Shown here piece after piece: positions 30,552 to 41,464 of a stretch of DNA of 64,000 nt (its first letter is position 1; each line of letters opens with the position of its first letter). The position numbers and the translations under genes were made by a program. The stretch is from an uncultured Spirochaetota bacterium. Its GTDB lineage: Bacteria; Spirochaetota; Spirochaetia; SZUA-6; Fen-1364. The stretch covers positions 736,001-800,000 of the forward strand of contig CAWAHW010000004.1 in assembly GCA_963781885.1 (NCBI GenBank), in the 5' to 3' direction. Below the pieces are notes generated by a model, which had not been told where the DNA came from, made no database searches, and worked only from the letters and a program-made list of their open reading frames with translations.

Positions 30552-33500
30552 TCACCCAAGCTCCTGCTCAATTCCACTTTTTCCATAGGAGGCCACAGGA
30601 TCGCGTGCCCTGGAAAGGTCCACTTCTTTTCGTAGCCTCACAGCAATGCCGTTGAAGATATAAAACCGCCTTACCCTTTCTCTAACGCCGCTCAAACCGC
30701 CTTCGCCACCAAGATACTTCTCAAGCCCCGAAGCTGTGATCAGGTAGGCCCCGTACTTCACTCCCTCCGGCTCCAATATCTTTTTTACAAGGACATCTCC
30801 AGCACAGATAGTGCCCTTGTTTCTCACATATGAACCGGCAAGGCCATCCCCATTCCCCTCGATCCAGGTCGGTCCTTTTTCGTCAAAGTCCCGTATTGCC
30901 TCTTCTACGATATTCATTGCCCTTTCGGCTCGAAGGCATTCTTCGTTGAGCGCCTTTTCGAGGTTCGCAATAATCATTCCAGGTAGTTCAAGTCCATAGA
31001 GATTCTTTGTCTTTTCCAGAACTTGCTCTACCGTAGTGAGGGCTTCCTCGTCCTTTCTCGGCATCATGACCGTCACGATGCTATTGAGATATCGTTCTAT
31101 CTCCTCACTTACCTTATCCGCGGGCCATGTTTCAAGGCCTTCCCAATCAATTCGACAGTCTTCGCTCCTGTCTTTGTTTTTCTCGTTGTGCTCCTGGATG
31201 GCCTGGACTACCACTTTGTAACGTGCTTCCTTTTCATTCAGTTCTGCGGTTTTGCTGAACTCACTCGATGCCATTTTTTCAAGTCCAGGCCTGGTCGACA
31301 CCCTGCTTTTCAGCATCTTCTCTTGGTAGTCCAGCTTGCCGTCCATGCCCTTATAGATAGAATGGTGAAAAGATCGTATGAGGCCGATGGGATCTGAATC
31401 CACCCTTATATCCGAACCATAGGCATAGAATGTGGCTTTCACATATATTTCAGCAAGGTGATTTTCCCACAATCCGTTTACGCGAACCATGACTGGGTAG
31501 CCCGCATAGGTTCCTACCACTTTCTCAGCCTCTTTTTGGCTTGCCCGTGCCTTCTCATTCAATAGCTTCGCTTCCCTCAATATCTCAAGCCCTGCTTCCC
31601 GCCTTTCCCCGTACTCTCGCCCATTTATGACCATGATGAACTCTTCCCCTTTTGACTCCGGCGCCCTCAGGGATATGTCCTTCCTTATCTTCTCGGTTTC
31701 TTCTTTGAGCCGCTTGGTCTCAGAGGGCAGCAGACTCAGTTGACGCGCGGCGCTTGCCACTTCGTTTCGGAATCCCTTCTGAAACGATTTTAGCTTTTTG
31801 ACCGCATGATCCAGCTCAATCGCCTCTTTCATCAGAGGATTGTCTATCGAAAGCTCTTTCACGCTGCCGTAGTAGTTTTCTTCTATCTCCCGCGTGGCCT
31901 TGTCCGAACCATCCATAACTTGGCGAATGGCGATAGCCTTTGTTTCCAAGACATTCCACAGGCCAGTATCCAGCGATCCCTTTGTCACCATGTTATACAC
32001 GTCAAGGGTTCCTGTTGTGTTGCCTTGCCTGTAGCCACGGCCATTCTGCTGTTCGATGTCCCGCGGCCTCCAGGGCGCATCCACATGAACTATCGATTTC
32101 AGCAGTCTCTGAAAGTTCACCCCTGCGCCCATGGTTTCGGTACTCCCGAAAACAATCCGCTTCTTTCCCTCATTTACATCGACCGACAGAAGGTATCGAT
32201 CCTCAAAGGTCTTGCACTCCCGCATGTCACCGATCTCTTGTGGATCTACACCAAGTGAAATCAAACCTGCCTTCATCTCCGCCACAGCATCGAATCTCAG
32301 GCTTCCATCTTCGGAGAAGCTTCGCGGTTTGTCAAAGAACACCGCGGTGGTGTACCTATCCTTCTTGTGTCTATCATAGATCTCATAGATCTTTCGAATG
32401 CTCATATTGAGCTTTGACTTGGGATCGTTGGGCAGGCTGGGGTGAATCAGCCTCATGTCGATGGCGGCCTTCCTGCCGTCGGTCATTATCGAGAGAATAT
32501 TGTCCGCACCCTTCTCTGCCCTTCCTGAAAGCTTGCTTTCTCTTTCCTGCAAGTACCGTAGATACGACTTCATAAGCGGCGAAGCAGGGGCTGCCTCATT
32601 CTTTTGATTCAGATTGGGCAGGTTCACACCAGGTACAAAAATCCCACTCGCCTCGAGGTTGTGAGCCGTCTGAATGTCCCAACACTGGCGCAGGCTTGTG
32701 ACTAGCTCTGGAACATTCACGATCTTCGAAAACCGCGTTACAGGCACGTACCCCGTTCCTGTATTGTTCAGCTCCATCTGCGTAACGGTTTCCGCGTACT
32801 GCCTTGCCCATTCGTCAAACGCTTCCAGCCTGTTTGCCTTCAGTACTTCAGGCTGCAAAAACCGCTGCATCGTGTAGCCTTCAACGAGTGTATTCGATAT
32901 GGGCGTTCCGGTGGCGAAAACTACCCCACCGTCGATGCTCTGGATGTACCTGACCTTCAACATCATGTCGAACGCCCTGTCGCTTCCCAGCGCAGAGCCG
33001 AGGCCTCGAACGTTAGTCAATTGCGTGTAGTATTCAAGGTTCTTGTAGATGTCCGCCTCATCGATCATCAGTTGATCGACTCCAAGCTTATCGAACGGAA
33101 TCACTCCTTCATCTTGCCTTATGTCAGATAGCTGCTTGATCTTTTCTTCATACCGCTTGATAGCCTTTTCGGCATCCTTAGTCGATCTGGATCTTCGTCT
33201 GCCGGAACTTCCATCCGTCTCAGACAGGATCTGCCTATATTCGGAAATCTTTGAGTAGAAAAAGTCCTTCTGAAGCTCTTTGCTCACCGGGATCATCTTG
33301 AAAGATTCCGCCCTGATCACCACCGCATCCCAATCCCCAGTGGCGATCTTATTGATAAAGGTCTTTCGATTGTCCTTGTGCCAGTTCTGGTCATCGGCGA
33401 TGAGCAGTTTGGCGTTGGGATAGGCTGCTCTGAAATTGTCGGCCCACTGCCCGATGAGATGGTCAGGACAAACAATCATCGGCTTTGCCCTTAGGCCTAG

Positions 33501-36396
33501 CCGCCTTAGTTCCATCGCGGCGCATATCATTTCAAGTGTCTTGCCCGCCCCTACGCTATGAGCCAACATCACGTTTTTCTGTTGCAGGATTCGCCACACC
33601 GCGTCGGCCTGGTGTGCCCTCAATGGGTAAGGGAAATTGCAGCCACTGAAAAATACCTTAGCCGCTGGGTCAACCAGTCTCTCAGGATATGTGAATGTCC
33701 GTTCTACATGGCTATTGAAGACCTCGTTATACCTCTTGGCAATGTCAGTTGCCCGCTCGTTATCTGCCCATATCCAGTCCATGAAAGCGGTGTTTATCGC
33801 CTCAGCCTTGCTTTCCACAAGTGCCGTTTTCTCAGGATTCAGCACAGGGTTGCCCTTCTCATCCTTGTCGAAAACCTTCACGGGCTTTCCGTTCATCATC
33901 AAATTGATGATTTCAACGGCATCAAGGTCCTGGGTCCCGAACTCCTGGTTTCTCTTGTTCCAGTCCGTTCGCCAGGCATTTATCTCCCATCTTCCATTAA
34001 TGCTCAAATGCTGGATATCAATGTCTTCATCGCTTGCATCCAGAAGGGATGAGATAAACGACTGAATGTGCGCCTCACCCACTATGGGGGAATTGATCCT
34101 GATTGAAATCTCCTCTGGCCCAAGGGGTGCAGGCTGCACTTTCCGCAACGCAATCACATTTCCCATAAATAGGCTTGGCTGCATATCAGCCATCTTTTCT
34201 GCGATCTCAAGCTTCACCCTGACGTTGCCTGAAAGATACTCATCCGATGTAAGATGCCGTATGGTCTGGCTCGTCTGATACTCTTCGGGGTCAATGTAGA
34301 CCATACCCCCTGCAATCAATGCTGCCAAAAGCTGCTCCCGATCCGTGCCCGTGATTGCTTCCATGTATGCTTCGTTCAAGTGGCCGAACCTCGAAAGGGA
34401 GAGAATCAAAGCGTCGGTGGGGTTCTCTGCCGAAGTGACATAGGCTTTCCTTGCAAAAGATATGCCCTTGAATATGTCTGCTTTCGCGGCAATCTTTGCC
34501 TTGGCATTCCAGTTCTCAAGGGAGCAGAGGAGCGTTGCATCAGGATCCTTGTGAATGAGACGCCAATTCTTCTTCTCGTTTAGGAATCCATGCTCTGCAA
34601 CAAAGCTGTCATACAATGCGTTGAGACGAGTGAGCTCTTGCTGAACATCCAGCGGTTGATCGTTATGGTAGTGTTGTATTGCTTTCTTGGCTGACTCCTT
34701 TATCGTTACCATTTTCATGATGCACTGTATTTTCTCTCTGTTTGCCGCCTCATCTTCGTAGAGCGATGATAGCTCGACCACTCCCGTTAGCGGGTGTTTC
34801 TGATATAACCTCGTATCATCGCCAATTACGTAGCTCCCGTTTGAAAGTCCCTCCCCGCTTGCACTCGGCACGGGGCTTCCCTTCTTCTCCAGCTCCCTCG
34901 TGCGTTCCTCCACTATGACGGACATGAGGTTCTCGGGAAGAAGCGCGATCACTTTGTCTATTTCGCCATACAGATCCTCATATTCGGAAGTCACGGTGTA
35001 CTCATTTGCCTTGTACATCGTGCCGGCCAGCTCCGCTCGGCCCAGGACAAATTGAGGGTTGTCAATGAAAAACTGGTTTACATGAACCTTCGCCAGTCCG
35101 CCTTTCCCGGGAAGCTCCATCTCTCCCGCTAGGACAAACTTCCGCGTCAGCTCCGTAGGTTCTCGCCCTTCAACTCTCTTCTGCAAGAAGACAATATCGG
35201 TGACAACCTCAGTATTCGCGATTTCTCTGGAATGTATTGTTCGGAAGTCGGATCGCACCTATGAAATCAGCCACTTGGGCAATCTTTTCTCGAACTTCCT
35301 TGGATTCCTTGTCCATTGTGTAGCGACTGGTGATAAAGGCAACTATTCCGCCCTGCCGTGTGCCATACAGGGACTTCAGGAAATAGAAGTCATGCAAGGC
35401 ATACCGACCATCGAGGCCAGGGGTCCTGGTCTTGCTGTCTTCGTAGGGCTTTACCTCAGAGAAGGGAACGTTGGAGAGGACCAGATTGTAGCGGTTGGCC
35501 TCTATGCGAACATCTTCATAGGGCATGATCCGAATGTCGGCGGACTGGTACAGATGTTGGGCAATCCTGCCTGAGACCGTGTCCATCTCGATGCCGTGCA
35601 TTTCGATGGCCGCCTCAAGCGGACGAACACCGAAGAAATGACCGACCCCCGCGGCAGGTTCGAGCGTAGGTCCTCCGCTATACCCAAGCCTTCTCACGGC
35701 TTTCCATATACATCGCGCTATTTCAGGGTCCGTGTAGTGTGCGTTTAATGTCGATCGTGAGGCCGAGCGGTATTCTTGTTCACTAAGAAGGTCTTTAAGC
35801 TCATGGAAGCGTTCATTCCACCTTCCCTCTTGCCCTTCCTTGAAGGCTTCTGCCAACCCTCCCCATCCGATGTATTTGACGAGGACGGCCTGCTCCTCGG
35901 AGGTTGCGTATCGGCTTTCCCGCTCTAAAAGCTTTAGAAGCCTGATTGCAGCGACATTCTGCTCGTACTTTTCGACTTTCCCGCCTACCCCTACCTTGTC
36001 ACCAACATTTATCCGATAGTTTCCCCGATCGTCAGTATGCCCGTTTCTCAGCTCCCCAGAAGATCGTGCTGCGCCTCCTCTGGGCCTATCAGGATATATT
36101 TCGGGAGCACGATCTCCAGCGCCTCGTTGTGCCTCATCCCCTGATCCGAGACCAGAGACAGAAGTTCCTCTTCGGCCATCCGTGCCACGCTCACCAGATG
36201 CTCCTCCAACTTCCCCTCCCTCTCCAGCCGGCGGTAGAGCGTCGGGAGATACCTCATGCGGTGCCCTCTTGCCATCTCTACGAAGTTGTCCATCTTCTTC
36301 CTCCGCGGAATCTCCTTCCTCATCGGTGTTGAGGAGGTCCCCAAATAGATTAAGCTGCGTTTCATCATCTTGAGCTTTCCCTTTGCGCTTTGCCAT
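30552..36396 (-). CDS. DarB-like adenine methyltransferase-SNF2 helicase fusion (~1,950 aa); frameshift near 35230
   Basis: YIGWGG, NAHYT, LEPAAGVGHF, NVPF, RLPNNTF | AHSVGAGKT, IDEAD, ATGTPISN, PWRPRDIEQQNGRGYRQGN. Confidence 0.9.
36048..36293 (-). CDS. TnpV-like small protein nested out of frame in the DarB-like gene
   Basis: GGAGG RBS 8 nt before ATG. MARGHRMRYLPTLYRRLEREGKLEEHL resembles the TnpV pattern. Confidence 0.6.
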   Translation of the reverse strand: MDNFVEMARGHRMRYLPTLYRRLEREGKLEEHLVSVARMAEEELLSLVSDQGMRHNEALEIVLPKYILIGPEEAQHDLLGS

Positions 36397-36492
36397 TGTA
36401 GTCCAACTCCAAAAGAGATTGTAGTAGGCCCATTTATCACAGAAGGGGATCCCGCGCTTGGCAAGACCCCCTTCTTTTCAGGCTGCTTCGGC

Positions 36493-36873
36493 CTATAGCT
36501 CCACTCCTGCCTCTTGGTTCCTTGATGCGGCTTTTTCACGATTCAGCTCGCGCGGCTCTACCTTGTTTGCTTCGATGAGAACCATGTTGTGCTGCTTTCC
36601 TTCAGCGTCCGTCCACTGTTCCTGTCCGAGTGAACCTTCGATATGGATGGGTTCGCCCTTACGCATATCAGCCACTGCATCAGCGATCGTATTCCACGCC
36701 TTTACGTCGATGTAGCTCGTCTTCTCCTTCCATTCGGGGTCCTCTCGGCCTTTGTAATACCGATTGCTGGCGATACGCATCGTGGCAACCCGCATGCCAC
36801 CGTCAAGCAGTTTGATCTTGGGTGCCTCTACCAACCTTCCATCGATGTTCACCTGGTTCAGATCGCTTGCCAT
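36493..36873 (-). CDS. ssb: Single-stranded DNA-binding protein
   Basis: LNQVNIDGRL, KGEPIHIEGSL..EQW. Confidence 0.9.
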   Translation of the reverse strand: MASDLNQVNIDGRLVEAPKIKLLDGGMRVATMRIASNRYYKGREDPEWKEKTSYIDVKAWNTIADAVADMRKGEPIHIEGSLGQEQWTDAEGKQHNMVLIEANKVEPRELNREKAASRNQEAGVEL

Positions 36874-36999
36874 CCCTTTGCCTCCTGTTGATTCAGATAG
36901 TGGTTCAACTTCGTGAACCGCAGTTTCTCGTTATTCCCACGTTAGAAGATCAATTCGATGTCTGGCCCTTTCCTCCCCTCACCCTTCTCGATTCCCTTG

Positions 37000-37305
37000 T
37001 CAGATTCCTTCGCGCTGGTAATCCCTGCAATCTGTACTGACCTTTTTAGGTTTCCGAAGCTTATCCAGCTCATCCTCATGGAAGTACTCGGCGGCACTCT
37101 CTACCACTTTCATGTTGCACTCGATCTCTTGGAATAGCTCTTGCCGATGTTCTTCGCTTGAGATTGTGCATCCGTTGGAGATGAAGCGGAAAAGCGGGCT
37201 TCTCAATAAACTGCCACGCCATTCCCTGGCCGTCTTTTGCGCCTGCAGAGCATCAGGTTTCCAGGGGTCATAACGAAACGGAGCCTCTTTATCGTCTTTA
37301 CCCAT
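37000..37305 (-). CDS. Hypothetical protein (3' end possibly frameshifted)
   Basis: GGAGG RBS before MGKDD. Confidence 0.5.
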   Translation of the reverse strand: MGKDDKEAPFRYDPWKPDALQAQKTAREWRGSLLRSPLFRFISNGCTISSEEHRQELFQEIECNMKVVESAAEYFHEDELDKLRKPKKVSTDCRDYQREGI

Positions 37306-37319
37306 CAAGTCCTCCAGCG

Positions 37320-38150
37320 TTATTGCCGGTCTCGCTCGTGAATCTCGCAGCACTCTCCAAGGCATTCATGTCTTCTCTGATCCATCCTGTCATCAAGAAG
37401 GCAGGCGGGGACCGAGAACCGATCCAGCGCCTCCATTCGTGGCCGCGCACATATGTTTGTTCTTTTCCTCCTCACGGGGGGCAATGCTCGGAGGATGCAT
37501 GACAGAAATTCCTGAAAAATCTTTGCCAACTTGCCCAGCAGGCGACCAATCCCAACTTCCAAGACTTGAGGGCATTCTCGCGCCAGTTTCTTGCTGCCCC
37601 TGCAATCGTTCCAGTCTGTGGCGGGCTTTCTGCATTTTCATTTGCGAATCCTGCCTCATCTTCTTTGATGATTGCTTCTTTCCATGCATTGCAGCTAGGT
37701 GCGTGGCGGCATTGCAGTTCATAGAGACGACCCAGTCTGCCGTGTTCCGTCCTTGCATGAAGGCTTCTGTCTTCCTATTTCCAGTAAAAGGCCACCAACT
37801 CGAAATGATTGATCGGCAACCTTCTCCTTCATAAGCTCGTCGGCCTCGCTAAGGATCGCGGCCATTCTTCCCTTATGCCTTTGGCACTCTTCTTGTAGCC
37901 CAGCGGATAGTCTGCTCGTTGCGTCTTTTGAGAGAGCAATCTTTTTTTCAATGAGGGTTAAGATGTTGCCTTCCCCTATAATCTCCTTCATGAGCTTCTC
38001 TACCCGAGCCGCCCTGATCTCGTTCTGGGCAAGCGCCTTACTCAACATGACCGCCGCTACCTGAGAGGCGGTCTTGGTGGGGCTGCCGCTTCTTTCCCAT
38101 TTCCTTACCCAGCCTCTGATGATGTCCAAATCAATCATTAATCCCGTCAT
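37320..38150 (-). CDS. Hypothetical helical protein, apparently frameshifted
   Basis: Overlapping ORFs 37719-38150, 37393-37758 and 37320-37562. Confidence 0.4.
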
Positions 38151-38262
38151 GGTTGTCGCTCCATTCGAACAAGTTGTTTCGCACGGGACTTGCTTTCATG
38201 TAACTTTTTCATTATCGCTGGCCCAGACTACCTCTGGGCCAGCCTTCATCCGCTTCTATCTG

Positions 38263-40000
38263 TCAGTCCCAGGCAATGATTATTGGCCAAGACTTCGTAA
38301 GGATTTGCGAACCGTTGTGAGTAACGACAAGGTACAAGGTCCCTGTGGTCCTAGTACCCCCCGATCAGAGCCCAGCCGGCGCTGTAGTTGAAGGTGTACA
38401 TATTGTCACTCACCGTTCCGTAGGTCAGATTCCCGCCGTCGTTCTCTCCCTGGTAATTCCATGTGTAGGCTATGCCCGTTGCCCCGCTCTGGCTTGGAGT
38501 GCAGGTGAGGGTTATTGAACCGCCCTGGTTTGCGATCTGAAGTGCTCCGGTGGATAACTGTTGGGACAGCACGCTTGACTGACCGTTTGAGAAGGAGGCG
38601 GTGACATTGGCGCTCAAGGTGGTGAAGCTGTAGGCGCATCCAATGTTTGCCGTCGCGTCGGTGGTTGATGCGGTGATGTTTGCCTGCCCCTCTTGATGCG
38701 GCGTTACAGTAATCGTGTGGGTGGAATTGTTCACACTTACTGTGGCAACCGAACTGTTATCGGATGTCACGTTAACCGTGGTACCAGGAGGCGATACGCT
38801 GTAATTCACCGTCGTCGCCCCATCGCTTGGAGCTCCATTTATGCTTGTCTGGGACAGCGTGAGAGACCTGTCCCATTTGGAGGTGATGCTCAAGCTATCA
38901 GAGGTCATCCCATCCGCCAGCGTCGCCTTTAGCGTAGCCGTCCCTTCCTTTATTAGGGTGACAGTGACCTGCTTTGCACCGCGGTTGTCCGAATAGCTTG
39001 CGACATTCACATCACTCAACGACCAATTGATGCTCATCGTGGCAGGGCTATAGTCATAGCCAATGGTGAAGGTGTTTCCCGGATATCCTGAGACGGCCCC
39101 TGTCTGAAAGGCCATCTTCTTGTTTGACTGCACGATCACGTCGCACTGAGCTACCTGCGTGCCGAATACCGCAAACACCGTACCCTGCCCAGCGCTATTG
39201 GCTATCAGGTTCACCAACGCTCCGTTTCCGGCGACTGTAAGGAAGTTGCTGTCCGTCCCTGTTGCTGCGCGAACCGACCACTGAATCGAGGCGATATCCG
39301 ATGTTGAGCCACCCGCGATTGAGGCATCCAGCTCCTGGATGTCTCCTGGGTTCATCATGAAGTTGTTCTTGCTGAGTTGTAGCGCCTTCGTCGATCCGTC
39401 AACCTTGATTGAAATAGAGAAGGTTGAGGTGGACATCGGATGACTGAGGATGATCTGCGTCGTTGCCGCTTTGAGAGCTGTAACGACGGCATTCGGCCCC
39501 TGGCCAAGGATTTCAAGGACACTGGGATCCTTAACCTGCCACTGAATGCCATTCTGATCTTGGTCGCTTCCTCCCACAAGCTGTGCTGAGATGCTTCTGG
39601 AGTCCCCTGGGGCCATGAGGATCACGGTTTCTGAGCTTGTGATGTAGGCGCCACTTCCTGAGCCACTTGATGGCACCACATTGCAGAGCACCTGGGTTTG
39701 TTTGTCCCCGATCGTTGCCGTCAGGGTCGTAGAGCCCAGGTGCTTTCCCGTGATGAGGCCAACCTTGCTGGTACCGTAGACATCAGCGTAGTAGTCGTCT
39801 TTGACTTTCCATGAGACCTCCCCCGCGGCCCCTGGCGGATCTGTGGTGACATTCACGGTCACCTGCTCTCCAGGTCCTACCGTGAGGTATGCTGGGTCCA
39901 CCGTTATGCTTGCGATACCTGTCGTGTCGTTAGGCACGAACAAATAGCAGCCCGAAAGCATCACGCCCAACACGACTGCGAAAGCCAAACCCTTTTTCAT
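38263..40000 (-). CDS. Lipoprotein with tandem bacterial Ig-like (Big_2) domains
   Basis: Lipobox LSGC and ~5 repeats of the WxVxDxxV type. The ORF stops at 38351, but a shift in the G-run continues beta-rich sequence to 38263. Confidence 0.8.
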
Positions 40001-41463
40001 CTGTTCTCTCCTTCCTTCTTGGGAATCGAATACTTCTCGGTGACCTTCCGTTGGCTTGCGGGGGGCATGATGATGTCGGAATTGACAAACACCTGCACCT
40101 TCGCCCCCTGTTTGACAATGATTGTGGGCTGTATGTTCATGGCGTTGGACGTGTACTGCGTGCCAACTTGATCGATTCCGGCCGTAACCGAGTTCGCCAC
40201 GTCGCTCAAGCCTTGGGTGTTTGCCGTCTTTATCGAGTACTGAAGCTGGCCGTCGATTATGCTAAAAAGCGCCATAAGCCCGATGCCTTTGGCATATTCC
40301 CACCAGTGCTGATCGACGTACCCTGGATATCCACTCATCCCTTGAGGATCCACGCCGTTCATGTTTGCAAGCTGAAGACTCAATCCGTCGGGCCGTATAA
40401 GCCGCTGCCAGGCAACCTGTACCCTGCTTTGGCCGAACGATACGTTGCTGCTGTACTGGGCCAAGAGTTTTGAGCCCTGTGGAATGAGAAGGTTCTTCCC
40501 GCTCACCGAATCAAAAACATTTTCAGATACCGTTGCCAGCAGATCGCCAGGAAGGTCCGTGTTGATGGCTGTTTCAAGTGCCGCAGGTATTATCGTGCCT
40601 GCGAAAATGGTATAGGGCAAAAGTGCCGGGTCCGCCGGTCGTCCGACGTTTGGCGCCGATGACTCCGCCTGTGCCTGAGAAAACGAACTCTTGCTCTGTT
40701 GGTCGTTGAAGTCGCGGTATATCTGCCCTGGGGTATAGCTCGCCTGAGAGGTTGCGCCTCCTACGAGATTCTGCGGTTGTATTCCTGGAGCCGCGGCCGT
40801 GACCGCTGCAGGATTGGAGGTCCGATCGGAAGAGGATTGCACCGTTGAGCTATTGATCTGTGCCGATGAGCCGGTGGTAAGCCCGGCTGTCAGCTTGGTG
40901 GCCACTTCCATCGGCGCTCGCCGGGCGGCGGCCTCCGCTTCTACTTTCGCCTCCGCTGCCGCTGCACCCTGGTAATCACGGGTTGCCACGTTTGTGGAAT
41001 CCGCCCCTGCAGCGCGAGATGAGGAAGTGCTTCCACCTGTAGTTCCCTGGTATCCGACGAAAGGGTTTCCGACATTCGCAGGTCTTTGGTATCCCGAACT
41101 GCTGGTAGCAGCGGCGACAGTCGTACTTGCCTCTGGCATTTTCAGTGCCATTTCTTTCACGTCTTGCGGAATCGTGTCGTTGGCGTAGACAGGGCTTCCA
41201 TCGGAGTTGGCTTGTTTGGAAGCTTTTTCACTCGGGAGAAAATTAAGGACGAGCAGCCCGATCCCAAGGGCTCCCGCCACCCCCAATATGAGCCTCTTGT
41301 TGAGCCTTCCCATGGGCTTGCTCTTCCCAATGACTGCCTCAGGCGATGCCTTACCCTTGGACGCCGCCCCTTCGGCTCCCTCTTTGGCAAGCCCTCCCAG
41401 TTTTGCACCCGCATCGCCCTTCTCATCAGGCATCTGCGTCTCACTCGCTTCAGGGCTGCTCAT
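39997..41463 (-). CDS. trbI: TrbI (VirB10)
   Basis: GTIIPAALETAINTDLPG, LLIPQGSKL, AWQRLIRPDG, DPQGMSG, IQPTI. Confidence 0.93.
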   Translation of the reverse strand: MSSPEASETQMPDEKGDAGAKLGGLAKEGAEGAASKGKASPEAVIGKSKPMGRLNKRLILGVAGALGIGLLVLNFLPSEKASKQANSDGSPVYANDTIPQDVKEMALKMPEASTTVAAATSSSGYQRPANVGNPFVGYQGTTGGSTSSSRAAGADSTNVATRDYQGAAAAEAKVEAEAAARRAPMEVATKLTAGLTTGSSAQINSSTVQSSSDRTSNPAAVTAAAPGIQPQNLVGGATSQASYTPGQIYRDFNDQQSKSSFSQAQAESSAPNVGRPADPALLPYTIFAGTIIPAALETAINTDLPGDLLATVSENVFDSVSGKNLLIPQGSKLLAQYSSNVSFGQSRVQVAWQRLIRPDGLSLQLANMNGVDPQGMSGYPGYVDQHWWEYAKGIGLMALFSIIDGQLQYSIKTANTQGLSDVANSVTAGIDQVGTQYTSNAMNIQPTIIVKQGAKVQVFVNSDIIMPPASQRKVTEKYSIPKKEGENR

Positions 41464-41464
41464 C

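Noticed and set aside
35200-35260. Programmed frameshift in the DarB-like gene
   Set aside because: There is no clear slippery site, and similar breaks occur throughout the window.
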